From: a virus
Lineage: Duplodnaviria > Caudoviricetes
Virus record (IMG/VR): IMGVR_UViG_3300027740_000003
Coordinates: 192,001 to 256,000 of that record
DNA length: 64,000 nt
Strand: one strand, 5' to 3'
Position 1 is the stretch's first letter. Every line of letters begins with the position of its first letter. A program made the translations under genes and the position numbers. This document shows, in pieces, positions 17,911-27,945 of this stretch. The notes under the pieces are model-generated. The model made no database searches. It was given only the letters and a program-made list of their open reading frames with translations, and had not been told where the DNA came from.

Positions 17911-20460
17911 TCAGCCACACCCTTTGCTCCATCCACAAGTACAAGACACGCATCCGTCAAAATATATAAGCTCTTGTTTTCCACAAGTTGGGCACTTGCC
18001 TCCAGCCTTTTCCCCATTCACAATGTATTTTTTAAGCACCCTGGACGTTGCAGAGGCAATATCAACCACGTCTTCAGCAGCTTTACTTAACTGATCTACA
18101 AGGAATTTAATAGGAATACCATGTCTCAGTGATGTTGACACCATTCTGAATAATATCTGTTCTTCACCTGTAAATAATGATCCGAAATTTTCTATTACAC
18201 CATTGGTTCCCAATTCAAGTTTATAATGACCATTCTTAACTTTGATCATCTTGCCTTTTTGAGGAATCTTTATAGAAATAGTATCTGGAATAACCCCTCC
18301 AAACATTTCATACGGGGAGCCTTCTTGAAGACCTACTGCCATCAAGTATTTCTTTCCCCTTACCTTTACCTGATACAAATCTGCGTCTAATTCCTTTTTT
18401 CTCTTTGGAGCACTAGTGCTTGTTTTATTTTCAACGATAAGGTTTAATTCTTTTAATTCGTCTTCAGAGAAATTATTAGTATAAATCTCTACTCCGGCGG
18501 ATTTAAGATTAAACGCTAATGTTTTAAAAGGAATATCAGAAACTATTCCGTACATTTTTTTATCTGGGAAAGCGGCAATGCTTTTAACTCCTTTTTTATT
18601 AGCTTCCAAAATTAGATCATATGTATCATGCCACGAGGCGTCTTCTGGCAAAGCATACGTGACGGATATCGACGAATCAACATTTTTCATCAATTTAGAC
18701 ATTAGATCAAGCTTATCTAACGCTTCGATTTGTGTGGCTTTTTTGAATTTAACACCAACCTCTTCTGCGGCCACATCGATAAAAGCGGCAACAGGCAAAC
18801 CTGTTGCTCCGTCCCATGTGTCTTTTACACAATCAGAATCTATAGGAATATCATAGCCTTTCTCTTTGAAGAAAGACCTGACGGCGCCAGGAATACAGAA
18901 GTAGTATTCGTATTTACCAGAAACTCTGGTTCGTTTCCAAAAATACATTCCAAAAGCAGGCTCAACGCCATATGACATAATAAAATCTCTGAACATCAAA
19001 GACAAAGAACCCGTTGGTGCTGTACTTGAACATGTACAATTTCTCATTGCCTCAAATACAAGCCCTTGTTCCATCATATTTTTTATGAAAGGAGATTGCT
19101 CATATTTTTCTCTAACAAATAATCCAAATGATCCCTTTTCTTTTCCTAATAAAATTGATGATTCATACAAAAAATAATTATATGTTTTGTTAAAATCAAA
19201 CATAGCATTATTAGCTTGTTCTGAACCATATTCTAAATTCTGTTTAAACAACCATGCGGCAACATTGGTAATGCCCGCCCCTGTTCTTCTTAACTTCTCT
19301 ATTGCAATTTTTTGATGAGGAGTAGCATAAGTATTACCAACAATTTCCATTGTATTTACATTATCAAGAAATCTGTTAATAGAATAGGATATTGTATTTA
19401 ATTCTTTTGTATATGTCTCATTGTCTGTAGAAAACTTTCCCACATTAATACTAGCCAATACACAAAGGCTTTCTCTAGACAGATATTGTTCAGAACAAGC
19501 GTTGGTTCCAATAATAGGCGCCCCCACGTAATCACTGTTCGACCAATATCTAGCAAGATCAATTTGTTGAATTCCTGGCTCGCCATTTGATGTTGCGTTC
19601 TTTGCAATAAGTTCCAATAAATATCTTGCCTTAACCGTTTTTACAATATTTTCTTCTGGCCGTGTCTTTTTAGCTATTTTATAATAGCCTATTTTATCTT
19701 TCTGACAATCCATATCAACAGAATGTACATCTACATAAACTTTTCCTCCAGCTTTAACGCCAGGAATTGTAAAAGAAAGTTTCCAATCGCCATCTTCTTC
19801 TACTGCTTCATAGAAAGCGTTATTTGTTTGGACAGATATATTAGCGTTCTGTATTTTTGTATAATCACTCTTTACTTTAATAAATTCTTCAATATCCGGA
19901 TGATCAACAGATAATGAAAATAACATAGCTGGTATTCTACCTTTTTGCCCAATATAATTTCCAAGCGAATCCATCAACTTCATCCAATGAACAACTCCTT
20001 GGCTTTCATTAGATGAATTTTTTACTTGTAATCCGCGGGGTCTTAGTTTAGAAAAATCTATTCCTAGCCCTTGTCTATAAGCAGCGGTTTTAGCTACTGT
20101 GTAAGCTGTGTTCTTTATTATGGATTCTAGATTGTCCCAATCAGTATCTTCTTGACATCCTAATGACAAACAAGTACAATTAGCCATTGACACATTTCTG
20201 CCACAATCAGCACCTTGCATTATTGATCCGGCAGGGTGCCACCAATCATTATAAACTTCGTCAAACCATCTTTCCGACCAATATTTTTTTAGTTCTTCTG
20301 TTTCTTCACAGGAAGCTATATAATCACAAACTCTTTTTAAAGCTCTGGAATAATTTTCTCCATCCTGTGAATATTTTTTATTGAAAATATCTATACTAAA
20401 CTGGTTGTTGTTAAAATATTCTTCTACACTGACGTCTTTAACATCTTCAAACTTTATCAT
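17911..20460 (-). CDS. nrdJ: Class II (adenosylcobalamin-dependent) ribonucleotide reductase with C-terminal TSCPD-like and Zn-ribbon region
   Basis: SMANC, GLGIDFSKLRP, active-site TNACSEQ, RRTGAG, APTGSLS, YGVEPAF; terminal CPTC...GCVSCTCGWSKGC. Confidence 0.9.
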   Translation of the reverse strand: MIKFEDVKDVSVEEYFNNNQFSIDIFNKKYSQDGENYSRALKRVCDYIASCEETEELKKYWSERWFDEVYNDWWHPAGSIMQGADCGRNVSMANCTCLSLGCQEDTDWDNLESIIKNTAYTVAKTAAYRQGLGIDFSKLRPRGLQVKNSSNESQGVVHWMKLMDSLGNYIGQKGRIPAMLFSLSVDHPDIEEFIKVKSDYTKIQNANISVQTNNAFYEAVEEDGDWKLSFTIPGVKAGGKVYVDVHSVDMDCQKDKIGYYKIAKKTRPEENIVKTVKARYLLELIAKNATSNGEPGIQQIDLARYWSNSDYVGAPIIGTNACSEQYLSRESLCVLASINVGKFSTDNETYTKELNTISYSINRFLDNVNTMEIVGNTYATPHQKIAIEKLRRTGAGITNVAAWLFKQNLEYGSEQANNAMFDFNKTYNYFLYESSILLGKEKGSFGLFVREKYEQSPFIKNMMEQGLVFEAMRNCTCSSTAPTGSLSLMFRDFIMSYGVEPAFGMYFWKRTRVSGKYEYYFCIPGAVRSFFKEKGYDIPIDSDCVKDTWDGATGLPVAAFIDVAAEEVGVKFKKATQIEALDKLDLMSKLMKNVDSSISVTYALPEDASWHDTYDLILEANKKGVKSIAAFPDKKMYGIVSDIPFKTLAFNLKSAGVEIYTNNFSEDELKELNLIVENKTSTSAPKRKKELDADLYQVKVRGKKYLMAVGLQEGSPYEMFGGVIPDTISIKIPQKGKMIKVKNGHYKLELGTNGVIENFGSLFTGEEQILFRMVSTSLRHGIPIKFLVDQLSKAAEDVVDIASATSRVLKKYIVNGEKAGGKCPTCGKQELIYFDGCVSCTCGWSKGCG

Positions 20461-20508
20461 ACAAAACCCTTACTAGATGGCAAAGAAGATTACAGATTAT
20501 TAGTTGGT

Positions 20509-21123
20509 TCAACCAAAGTATCTTTGAAGCTTATTTTTTAGTGATTTTTCAGCTTCTACAAGAAGCTTTAGACAAGCAGGTCTTGATATATTTAATTCTT
20601 TGCTTATCTCGCTTATGGCAGTATTGTGATTGCTAAAACCATAATGCATCATTATAACCTGTCTGTGCTTTTCAGAAAGTTCTCCCATCGCCTGTTTTAT
20701 GACTTCCTTGTCCTGTTCTGACTCGACATGTTCAGAGGGGCTACTTAAATCAATCATCAGTGGCAATGAATTTGCTTTATACGGAGGAAGCTCTTTGGCC
20801 TTTTTTATTGGTATTCTTATTGTAGAATGTGCATTGGCCGCTCTAGAAATTCTAGTCTCAATATATTTTGTTGCCCACCAAACGAAACATCCCTTGTCAG
20901 GATTATATGTTTCGAAGGCTAGCATTAAAGCTTCAAATCCGTCCTGCTGCAAATCTATGTAATTAGAAAACTTCCTGTACTTACCAATTTTGCTGTTTAC
21001 CAAAAAACTTAACTTCTTTATACAATATTTTTGATATTCTAAATATTCTTTTTTATTTTCGCCATCTCTTAAATCTAAATATTTTTTTGCTATACTATTA
21101 ATCTCTTCTAAAGTTAAACTCAT
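20509..21123 (-). CDS. Sigma70-family RNA polymerase sigma factor (regions 2 and 4)
   Basis: DLQQDGFEALMLAFETYNPDKG.F.WWA...I (region 2); LSEKHRQVIMMHYG...ISEISKELNISR (region 4 HTH). Confidence 0.88.
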   Translation of the reverse strand: MSLTLEEINSIAKKYLDLRDGENKKEYLEYQKYCIKKLSFLVNSKIGKYRKFSNYIDLQQDGFEALMLAFETYNPDKGCFVWWATKYIETRISRAANAHSTIRIPIKKAKELPPYKANSLPLMIDLSSPSEHVESEQDKEVIKQAMGELSEKHRQVIMMHYGFSNHNTAISEISKELNISRPACLKLLVEAEKSLKNKLQRYFG

Positions 21124-21135
21124 ATTGCTCCATAA

Positions 21136-21450
21136 TTATACTATTTGTTTTAGTTCTTCACCAATTTTATTACAGTTATCCTGGGTCGTATTATAACTAT
21201 CTTCCCCAGTGATATTTGCCCTGAAATTTTCATCAGTAGCAATTTGTTTACGAATCTTCTTTCTCTCTTCTTTAATGTAATTTTTAAGATCTCTGCCTGT
21301 TAGAGATACTCTAATAGCAGGAACCCCAAGTATTACTCTCCTTGCTTTGCCCCCGCATTCCGGGCAAATTGTCGGAGGATCTTGCTTAATAGAATAGGTA
21401 TCCTGCCAAGCGTATTTACATTCATAACACTCATGATCATATTCGGGCAT
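21136..21450 (-). CDS. FmdB-family zinc-ribbon protein (start MPEYDHEC)
   Basis: MPxYxxxCxxC...CPxCGG signature. Confidence 0.85.
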   Translation of the reverse strand: MPEYDHECYECKYAWQDTYSIKQDPPTICPECGGKARRVILGVPAIRVSLTGRDLKNYIKEERKKIRKQIATDENFRANITGEDSYNTTQDNCNKIGEELKQIV

Positions 21451-21626
21451 TATTTTTCCTTCAGATGTTTTCCAATAAGATGTAATGGAACATCTCTCAT
21501 CCAATTATCCTTAATCTTCTTTTTAAATTGCTCGTCAACTACTTCGAATACAATAAATAATTCATCAGTAGTTTCATTTAGTTCTATTCTAACAGCTTTA
21601 GCCACGGTTTTTTCTAAATCCTTCAC
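21450..21626 (-). CDS. Small hypothetical protein (58 aa, GTG start, MKDLEKTVAKAVRIELNE...), missed by the ORF track
   Basis: Hand translation; SD AGGGGG; TAATG overlap with the FmdB start. Confidence 0.7.
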   Translation of the reverse strand: MKDLEKTVAKAVRIELNETTDELFIVFEVVDEQFKKKIKDNWMRDVPLHLIGKHLKEK

Positions 21627-21627
21627 T

Positions 21628-23037
21628 CTAATCGCCCCCTAAAATATCTGATATCTCACCTGAGAGATCTTCATTTGAGGCCCACGAAGTTGCAGCATCG
21701 ACATCATACGGCTTATCTATTATTGAACACTTGTTTAAATTCTTATAAATACTATGACTCTTGTTGGACTGACCATATCTGTTCTTGATTATATGATAGA
21801 TAAAATCATCATGTGTATCCTCATCCTCTCTTGTTTCAATTTGCATAATTAAAGTGGCATGAGTTGCAATTAAAGCTGACCGACCTATCCTATGTAAACC
21901 TATCGATTTTAAACTGGACTTCCTAAAAGTTGGATCGATTCGGTTAAGCTGTACCGCTGTCACTACAGGAATCGCATGTACTCTAGCAAATTCATGTATC
22001 TTGCCCGCCAGCTGGCCTATTGCCAACCAATCATCATTATCATTATCTATATCTTCCATTAATCCCAAATAATCAATAAATACAACATCTGGAATATATT
22101 CTGATTTAATCTCCTCAAACATAATTTCAAGATTCTCAACAGAAAAACCACGAGGAACATCTATAATATCAAACTGATAAGGATATTTCTTCATGAATTT
22201 ACATGCTTGGCTCAAACCTTTCGCTTCGGATTGTCCCAGCTTAGCATCACGAATTCCATATTCTTGAACATCGGCCATCCTAGCCAATGTCCTTCGGAAG
22301 CAATCATCATATGGCATCTCTAATGAAAAATATGATACATTACATCCAGGCCCAAAATTATCAACCATATCAATGCGATTCTGCTGCATATACATCTGAA
22401 TCGCCATATTATTCATCCAAATACTTTTTCCCGCACCTGATTCTCCAGCAATTATAACCAAATCTGCCGGCCTTAATCCGTTTTTAAGATAATCTAACAT
22501 GGAATACCCAGTAAGTATGCCTCTTCCAACATCTGGGTTTTTAACTTTTTCTTTGTAGTTCTTTACAAAAGTATTTACATAATCTTTAACAGGTTTCCTA
22601 TCATAGGTCTTTTGTTTGTTTGCTGTTTTTATTGCGCCTATTTCTCTCTCAATATCTCTAACAGTGCTGGTTATATCAACCAGATTTCCGTCCATTCTAG
22701 TTTTAATTTTATTTAAACACCTTTCACTATAAGCCTGTTTTAATTTTGCTAAATCATATGCATATTCGGACTCTTCATATGAGGCGTTTTTAATCTCATC
22801 ATAAAAAGCATTTATATAAGTGCACAAATCTTTATTATCAGAACGGCTCTCTATTAAAACCCTTCTAGATGGTTTGTTTTTAAATGTTTTTATATAATCA
22901 AGAAAAGTTTTAGCAATAATTCTTCCTTCTGATGTAAGGAAGATCTTTTCATCAACCGAGAATGCAAAATCAAGAGCGATGCTTTTATACTTGGTTATAG
23001 CATTTAATATAGACAGTTCTAAATCATGCATTTCCAT
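21628..23037 (-). CDS. dnaB: DnaB-like replicative helicase
   Basis: Walker A AGESGAGKS, FSLEM, Walker B FIDYLGL, VTAVQLNR, KNRYG; SD GAGGAG. Confidence 0.92.
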   Translation of the reverse strand: MEMHDLELSILNAITKYKSIALDFAFSVDEKIFLTSEGRIIAKTFLDYIKTFKNKPSRRVLIESRSDNKDLCTYINAFYDEIKNASYEESEYAYDLAKLKQAYSERCLNKIKTRMDGNLVDITSTVRDIEREIGAIKTANKQKTYDRKPVKDYVNTFVKNYKEKVKNPDVGRGILTGYSMLDYLKNGLRPADLVIIAGESGAGKSIWMNNMAIQMYMQQNRIDMVDNFGPGCNVSYFSLEMPYDDCFRRTLARMADVQEYGIRDAKLGQSEAKGLSQACKFMKKYPYQFDIIDVPRGFSVENLEIMFEEIKSEYIPDVVFIDYLGLMEDIDNDNDDWLAIGQLAGKIHEFARVHAIPVVTAVQLNRIDPTFRKSSLKSIGLHRIGRSALIATHATLIMQIETREDEDTHDDFIYHIIKNRYGQSNKSHSIYKNLNKCSIIDKPYDVDAATSWASNEDLSGEISDILGGD

Positions 23038-23707
23038 TCTTTTTCTCCTCAATCCTGTAATCGGAGCCAAACAACGGAATTACATCTACGTAGTTTTTCA
23101 AGCTATTTACGCTTTCTTGGATTGCCCCATTGAACGATTCAAAAGGCTTAGACGAATTAGAACATAATATCAAAGGCAATTTGTTCTGGCTTCTATTCCT
23201 AAGAATATCCTCCAAAGTTCTTCCGTAGAAATCAGAAGCATTCTCGGTAGCTATATATCTAGGATCAAACTCATCTACTACAAGGAAATCTACAGTCAAT
23301 ATCTCTTTCCTTGCCTCGTGAGCTTCTTTGCTTTTTATTGCTGACATTATGTCGTTCAAATTAACATATAGACCAGAATAACCTTTTTCTAATGCTCTCT
23401 TCAAGATGTTGGTGACTAAAAACGTCTTACCTCTACCATAAGCTCCTACGAAACAAACAGATTTTCCGCTTTTATAAGCATAAACAACATCTTTGAACAT
23501 TTTATATTGTTCTATAACAGACTCATCCCCAGTAAAATGTTTGTCCATTTCTAAAGACCAATATTTTACAGGGATGTTTGCTTCGAAATATCTGTGATAT
23601 ACTTTTTTAAAGATATTTCTTTTTGTTGGGTCTTCTATTTTTTCAATATCTTCTAGAGCAATATCTAATTTATTTCTTGGAACTGTTCTTAAAGCTTGGC
23701 AAGGCAT
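23024..23707 (-). CDS. DnaC/IstB-like AAA+ helicase loader
   Basis: Walker A GAYGRGKT, Walker B LVVDEF, LCSN; directly upstream of dnaB. Confidence 0.85.
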   Translation of the reverse strand: MPCQALRTVPRNKLDIALEDIEKIEDPTKRNIFKKVYHRYFEANIPVKYWSLEMDKHFTGDESVIEQYKMFKDVVYAYKSGKSVCFVGAYGRGKTFLVTNILKRALEKGYSGLYVNLNDIMSAIKSKEAHEARKEILTVDFLVVDEFDPRYIATENASDFYGRTLEDILRNRSQNKLPLILCSNSSKPFESFNGAIQESVNSLKNYVDVIPLFGSDYRIEEKKNGNA

Positions 23708-24233
23708 AATTGTCCTTTAGTTTAATCAGGTCTTTTCTGTTCATATGTTCTTGAACTGCCTGACGTGTTGATTGGCTCAATTTCTGATATTGTTCGGCTT
23801 GTTGTCTAGCCCTCTCGACAGGATCTAGAGATAACTTCATATCATCACTAGGAGCTTCATCAACAAAAGCTTTTCCTTGTTTAACAATTCTTCTCGTTAT
23901 TGATACGGGCTGAGCTACCTTTTCTATTTCTCCATCATCATTTACGCTTTGTTTGATTATATTATATCCAACAACGTTTCCTTTTTGAGCTTCAACTAAT
24001 CTGTATTGCCCTTTGTCTTCTTTATTTTCTATTAAATATCCATTAGGTTCACTTTTAAGAACATAAAAAACAGATATATCATTCATGTTAATTGTAAAGG
24101 TTTTAGTTTCATCTTTTACAACAGCCCAAAGCATTTCCCACTGAGGAACTCCCCATTCGACAACCTCACCTTCTATTTCTGTTTTGTCTTTCGTAATAAT
24201 ATTAACTACTTCTCCTGCTTTTGGAATAATCAT
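23670..24233 (-). CDS. Hypothetical protein (187 aa)
   Basis: ORF coupled within the replication operon. Confidence 0.7.
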   Translation of the reverse strand: MIIPKAGEVVNIITKDKTEIEGEVVEWGVPQWEMLWAVVKDETKTFTINMNDISVFYVLKSEPNGYLIENKEDKGQYRLVEAQKGNVVGYNIIKQSVNDDGEIEKVAQPVSITRRIVKQGKAFVDEAPSDDMKLSLDPVERARQQAEQYQKLSQSTRQAVQEHMNRKDLIKLKDNYALPSFKNSSKK

Positions 24234-24823
24234 TGCATTTCCTTTATTGCTTTTAAATCTAATCCTAGCAATTCTAAATTACCTAATAATATATATCTTG
24301 GATTTTGAGTGTCTTCAGGTTTTCTTTCTACATCTAATTGAATAAATGCCAAATCACCATATGTATTTACTTCTATTCCAAGATCTTTTGCTATATCTTT
24401 ATAAGATTCTGGCAACGGAGTAGATCTTGTTATTGTTTTTTTCTTCATTCTATTATGCAGGAACTCATTAGCAAATCCCTCAGTTAGAAAGAACCCCACT
24501 TTCCTAAAATGAACTCTTTTAGGTATGATTTTGTTGTCATATACCCAATCAATATATTCCTTAATAGTCCTAGTGTTGGTTGTATTCAACGATGCTATTA
24601 TTCGTTTTACTATATAAATATCAGGAGACTTCCCCGGAGCCCCTTTAATAGCAACCGAAAACTTGTTTTTAAATAACGCTTCATATCTTTTACAAATATA
24701 AGCTAGAAGATGAACCTCTTTCCACTCCAAAGGTTTTAAAGTTTCTATCTCGTTGAATTTATTAAAGAATTTTCTCCAGGCGGCATTTAGTCCAGCATAT
24801 GGATCATTATCTAGGTCGGCCAT
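24230..24823 (-). CDS. Hypothetical protein (197 aa), possibly replication-associated
   Basis: Lies between the SF2 helicase and the DnaC/DnaB genes; function is inference only. Confidence 0.65.
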   Translation of the reverse strand: MADLDNDPYAGLNAAWRKFFNKFNEIETLKPLEWKEVHLLAYICKRYEALFKNKFSVAIKGAPGKSPDIYIVKRIIASLNTTNTRTIKEYIDWVYDNKIIPKRVHFRKVGFFLTEGFANEFLHNRMKKKTITRSTPLPESYKDIAKDLGIEVNTYGDLAFIQLDVERKPEDTQNPRYILLGNLELLGLDLKAIKEMQ

Positions 24824-26295
24824 TTGACTATGAATCCTTCTTCGGTTTCGTATATCTTTTTTCTTGCCTGTGAGTGGCTCTTAAGATATGGAGCATTGTC
24901 CACAAAATCAGCTACTGCGGCAAACTTCTTGGAGCCCCAAGGCCGCAGCACTCGGCCGATTCGTTGCAATGCTCTAACACTGCTCTTGCCAGATGAAGCA
25001 ATAACTAGACCAGATAAACAAGGAATATCAACGCCTAAATCCATAATCTTACTAGCTATTATTGCTTTTATTTTTCCCGTTTCAATATCTTCTTTGGCTT
25101 GATTTCTAATTTTCATTTTATCTTTTCCACTTAATAATGTGCATGGAAAAGATTTGGATAATTTTTCATAAAGAATATCTCCGTGTTTTATTGAATTAAA
25201 TAAAACTAATGGTTTATATCCTTTCTCCAATATCTTATTGACTTCTTCTAATATGAGATTATTTCTAACATCATTTTCTACGATATAGTTTTTATAAATT
25301 GTTTGATATTGTTTATTTAGTTTAGTAGGATATTTGGGAACTTTAATAAATTTTATAATTGGTTTAACCAGATAACCTTGTTCAATAAGAATAGAAGCAG
25401 AAACATCTATAATTTTACGCCCTAGGAAAGCTTCGATAAGCAGATCTTTTCCATCATCTCTCCAAGGAGAAGCAGACATTCCATAAAGATGTTCCGGATT
25501 TATGTTTTTGGATATTTCTACCAGAGTATCTGCTGCCGAATAATGGCATTCATCTAAAATCTGTAGCTTTGCCTCTTTCAATAAACTCTTGATATCATTA
25601 TATTTTTCGGGGGGAAGTTTTTGTTCATCTTTGTCATTTTCGATAAGTATTTTAGATTCATCCAAACCGAGAGCCTGTCCAGCGGTCCAAACAGAAACTA
25701 TATTAATATACCCAATATCACATTGGCCATCTCCAACAATTCCTACACTAATATCTTGAAATATAGATTTAAATAAATAATAAAACTGATATAATAAATC
25801 TTTACCAACAACATATATAATTGTTTTCTTTCCTATATCAGCGGTAATTAAAGCTGCTAAAATTGATTTCCCAGCCCCAGTACCAAGTCTAATAATACCT
25901 AAATCATTATCTCTAACTGCTTGCAAAGAATTAATTTGATATGGACGGGGAACTTTTTCTAATTCTCGAAGCCTAGGAAGGATATCTATAGCCGTTCCTA
26001 GGCTCTTTGGAGGCCTTTGGTCAACTACCTCAAGCTCGGCTCCATTGTTGCTGTAGAAGTCAATTACACGCTTTACAAGGCCGTTCTGGAAACTTAGGTC
26101 TTTACATTCTAGAAGCTTCTCTTTCCCATCCCAGGCTACAAACTTTCCTTCAACAGGATCCATGTAGCCTTTATAGGCCCTAGTAAAATGAGCCCCTTGA
26201 ACATTAAAGGACAAATGTTTATCCAGAGCCCACAATAATCCAACATCACTTTCCTCAATCCTGGATCTTTGAGGTCCAATAATTAATTTAACCAT
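24811..26295 (-). CDS. Superfamily 2 (UvsW-like/DExH) DNA helicase
   Basis: Q motif RPYQ, GTGAGKS, DECH, SAS, GVDIP, QRIGRVLR. Confidence 0.92.
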   Translation of the reverse strand: MVKLIIGPQRSRIEESDVGLLWALDKHLSFNVQGAHFTRAYKGYMDPVEGKFVAWDGKEKLLECKDLSFQNGLVKRVIDFYSNNGAELEVVDQRPPKSLGTAIDILPRLRELEKVPRPYQINSLQAVRDNDLGIIRLGTGAGKSILAALITADIGKKTIIYVVGKDLLYQFYYLFKSIFQDISVGIVGDGQCDIGYINIVSVWTAGQALGLDESKILIENDKDEQKLPPEKYNDIKSLLKEAKLQILDECHYSAADTLVEISKNINPEHLYGMSASPWRDDGKDLLIEAFLGRKIIDVSASILIEQGYLVKPIIKFIKVPKYPTKLNKQYQTIYKNYIVENDVRNNLILEEVNKILEKGYKPLVLFNSIKHGDILYEKLSKSFPCTLLSGKDKMKIRNQAKEDIETGKIKAIIASKIMDLGVDIPCLSGLVIASSGKSSVRALQRIGRVLRPWGSKKFAAVADFVDNAPYLKSHSQARKKIYETEEGFIVKWPT

Positions 26296-26298
26296 AAT

Positions 26299-27666
26299 TT
26301 ACTTGCGGAAGTCTAATTTGCCACCCTGTCCAAAATTCTGAGAAAATTTGCTTTGGTTCTTCTTAATCTTCTCCCTAACTTCATCAGCTTTAGAAACAAC
26401 TTTGTCTTTACCAGTGTCCAGTGTTAGATTCATACTTCTAGCCTGTACTCTTTCTTTGGTCTTTACCTGATCAGATTCTACATCCTTTCTAAGCTGTACC
26501 ACTCGGCCATCGGGAAGACCCAACCCAGAGAACATTGAATAAATCTTAACAATATCCTCATCAATCTCATCATCTACATATGTGCCATAAAAAACAGCCT
26601 CGTGTCCGGGACAATTCTCTTTGATTAATTCTCTAGCATATTCTACAGCGCCTCTTGGAATCTGCTCCCATGCTTTTGAATTAGCAACTATTATTAAACC
26701 AGCGTATTTAGTCTGGGCCAGATTGAAACCAGAAGCTAATAGGCCATTCTCATGGTTCTCAATAACTGCCTGAGCAATTAGAGTATTATCATTTGCATAA
26801 TTGGTAATTGTCATTTCTCCATATACACAAAGCCCTTCCCCATCGGTAAGAATCTTTGCCCACTCCATAGAGTCTAATGGTTTATCTAAAGATGACATTA
26901 CAGAATATGAGTTAAACGCATCAATGGTTTTTACTATAGCTTGGTTGCCTACAGTAAAAAATGACATAACTCCCACATCTGTATAAATCGCCTCTAATTT
27001 CGCATTGTCTACAACAATCAAATTAGAGATAGCTTTGTCTTGCACTAGTTTGGCCAGGCTTGATAATGTCTGCAATGCGTTATTTTTTGTTTTAACATCT
27101 TCCGTGCTCATTGGAAGCACAGACACAACCACAATAGGCTTTCCTGTTGATCCCAAGATATCTATAAAAACATCATGAGAGCCTGCTCCGGAACCACCAC
27201 CAAGAGAGAAACATAATAGGAATACGTCTGTATCAGATAGTTTGTCTGAGATAAGGTTAACAATACCATCCCTATGAGCTTCTGCTGCCTGATGGCCTAT
27301 ATCAAGGTCTTTTGCAGCGCCACCAATTCCGTATTCTAATAGATACTTGTTAGCTTCTGGCAACTGAATTTGTTCTAGGTCTTGTGGGGCGGTATTAAAA
27401 GCAATTGCCGAATATCCTAATTGGGCCCATTGTGAGGCTATTTTTGCTCCGGCATGTCCTGAACCAACTATTCCTAGATTTAAACTTCGCTTTCTTTTTT
27501 CTACAATTCTTGCAGGCATATTATCTTTCTCCTCCTCCTGCTTATTATGCTTAGATAATGCTAGTTTTGCCTTTAATTCTGCCAATTTATTATCAACAAC
27601 TTCTGCTGAAATATCATCTTCTATTTGTTCTTTTTCTGTTTCTACTGTATTGTTTATTACCGACAT
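26299..27666 (-). CDS. Tubulin/FtsZ-superfamily GTPase (PhuZ/TubZ/CetZ-like)
   Basis: IVGSGHAGAKIA, AFNTAPQDL, GIGGAAKD, signature loop SLGGGSGAGS, VVDN. Confidence 0.88.
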   Translation of the reverse strand: MSVINNTVETEKEQIEDDISAEVVDNKLAELKAKLALSKHNKQEEEKDNMPARIVEKRKRSLNLGIVGSGHAGAKIASQWAQLGYSAIAFNTAPQDLEQIQLPEANKYLLEYGIGGAAKDLDIGHQAAEAHRDGIVNLISDKLSDTDVFLLCFSLGGGSGAGSHDVFIDILGSTGKPIVVVSVLPMSTEDVKTKNNALQTLSSLAKLVQDKAISNLIVVDNAKLEAIYTDVGVMSFFTVGNQAIVKTIDAFNSYSVMSSLDKPLDSMEWAKILTDGEGLCVYGEMTITNYANDNTLIAQAVIENHENGLLASGFNLAQTKYAGLIIVANSKAWEQIPRGAVEYARELIKENCPGHEAVFYGTYVDDEIDEDIVKIYSMFSGLGLPDGRVVQLRKDVESDQVKTKERVQARSMNLTLDTGKDKVVSKADEVREKIKKNQSKFSQNFGQGGKLDFRK

Positions 27667-27684
27667 AGTTCTCCAAAAATAGTT

Positions 27685-27945
27685 CTATTTTATTGCATCA
27701 ATTATTACATCCAGAGCTTTAAAAAACCTTTCATCTTCTTCATATATAATATCTTTCTGCATAATTTCGTTAAGAGAATAAGGGCTTTCTAGTCCTTTAG
27801 CGTATCCGCCTAAAACTTCAATAATTTCACCATCTTCCATTTCTAATACTAGAATATTATAATTTTGTCTATAAGCTTTACATTTGCTTCCGGCAGGATA
27901 ATTATAATGTTTCTTTTTTGTTATGTATTCTCCAAGAAATATCAT
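27685..27945 (-). CDS. Hypothetical protein (86 aa)
   Basis: ATGA overlap with the upstream gene. Confidence 0.6.
   Translation of the reverse strand: MIFLGEYITKKKHYNYPAGSKCKAYRQNYNILVLEMEDGEIIEVLGGYAKGLESPYSLNEIMQKDIIYEEDERFFKALDVIIDAIK

Noticed and set aside
17911-23037. Inteins or introns in nrdJ and dnaB
   Set aside because: Lengths are normal, motifs are contiguous, and no C/S...HN splice signatures or LAGLIDADG blocks were seen
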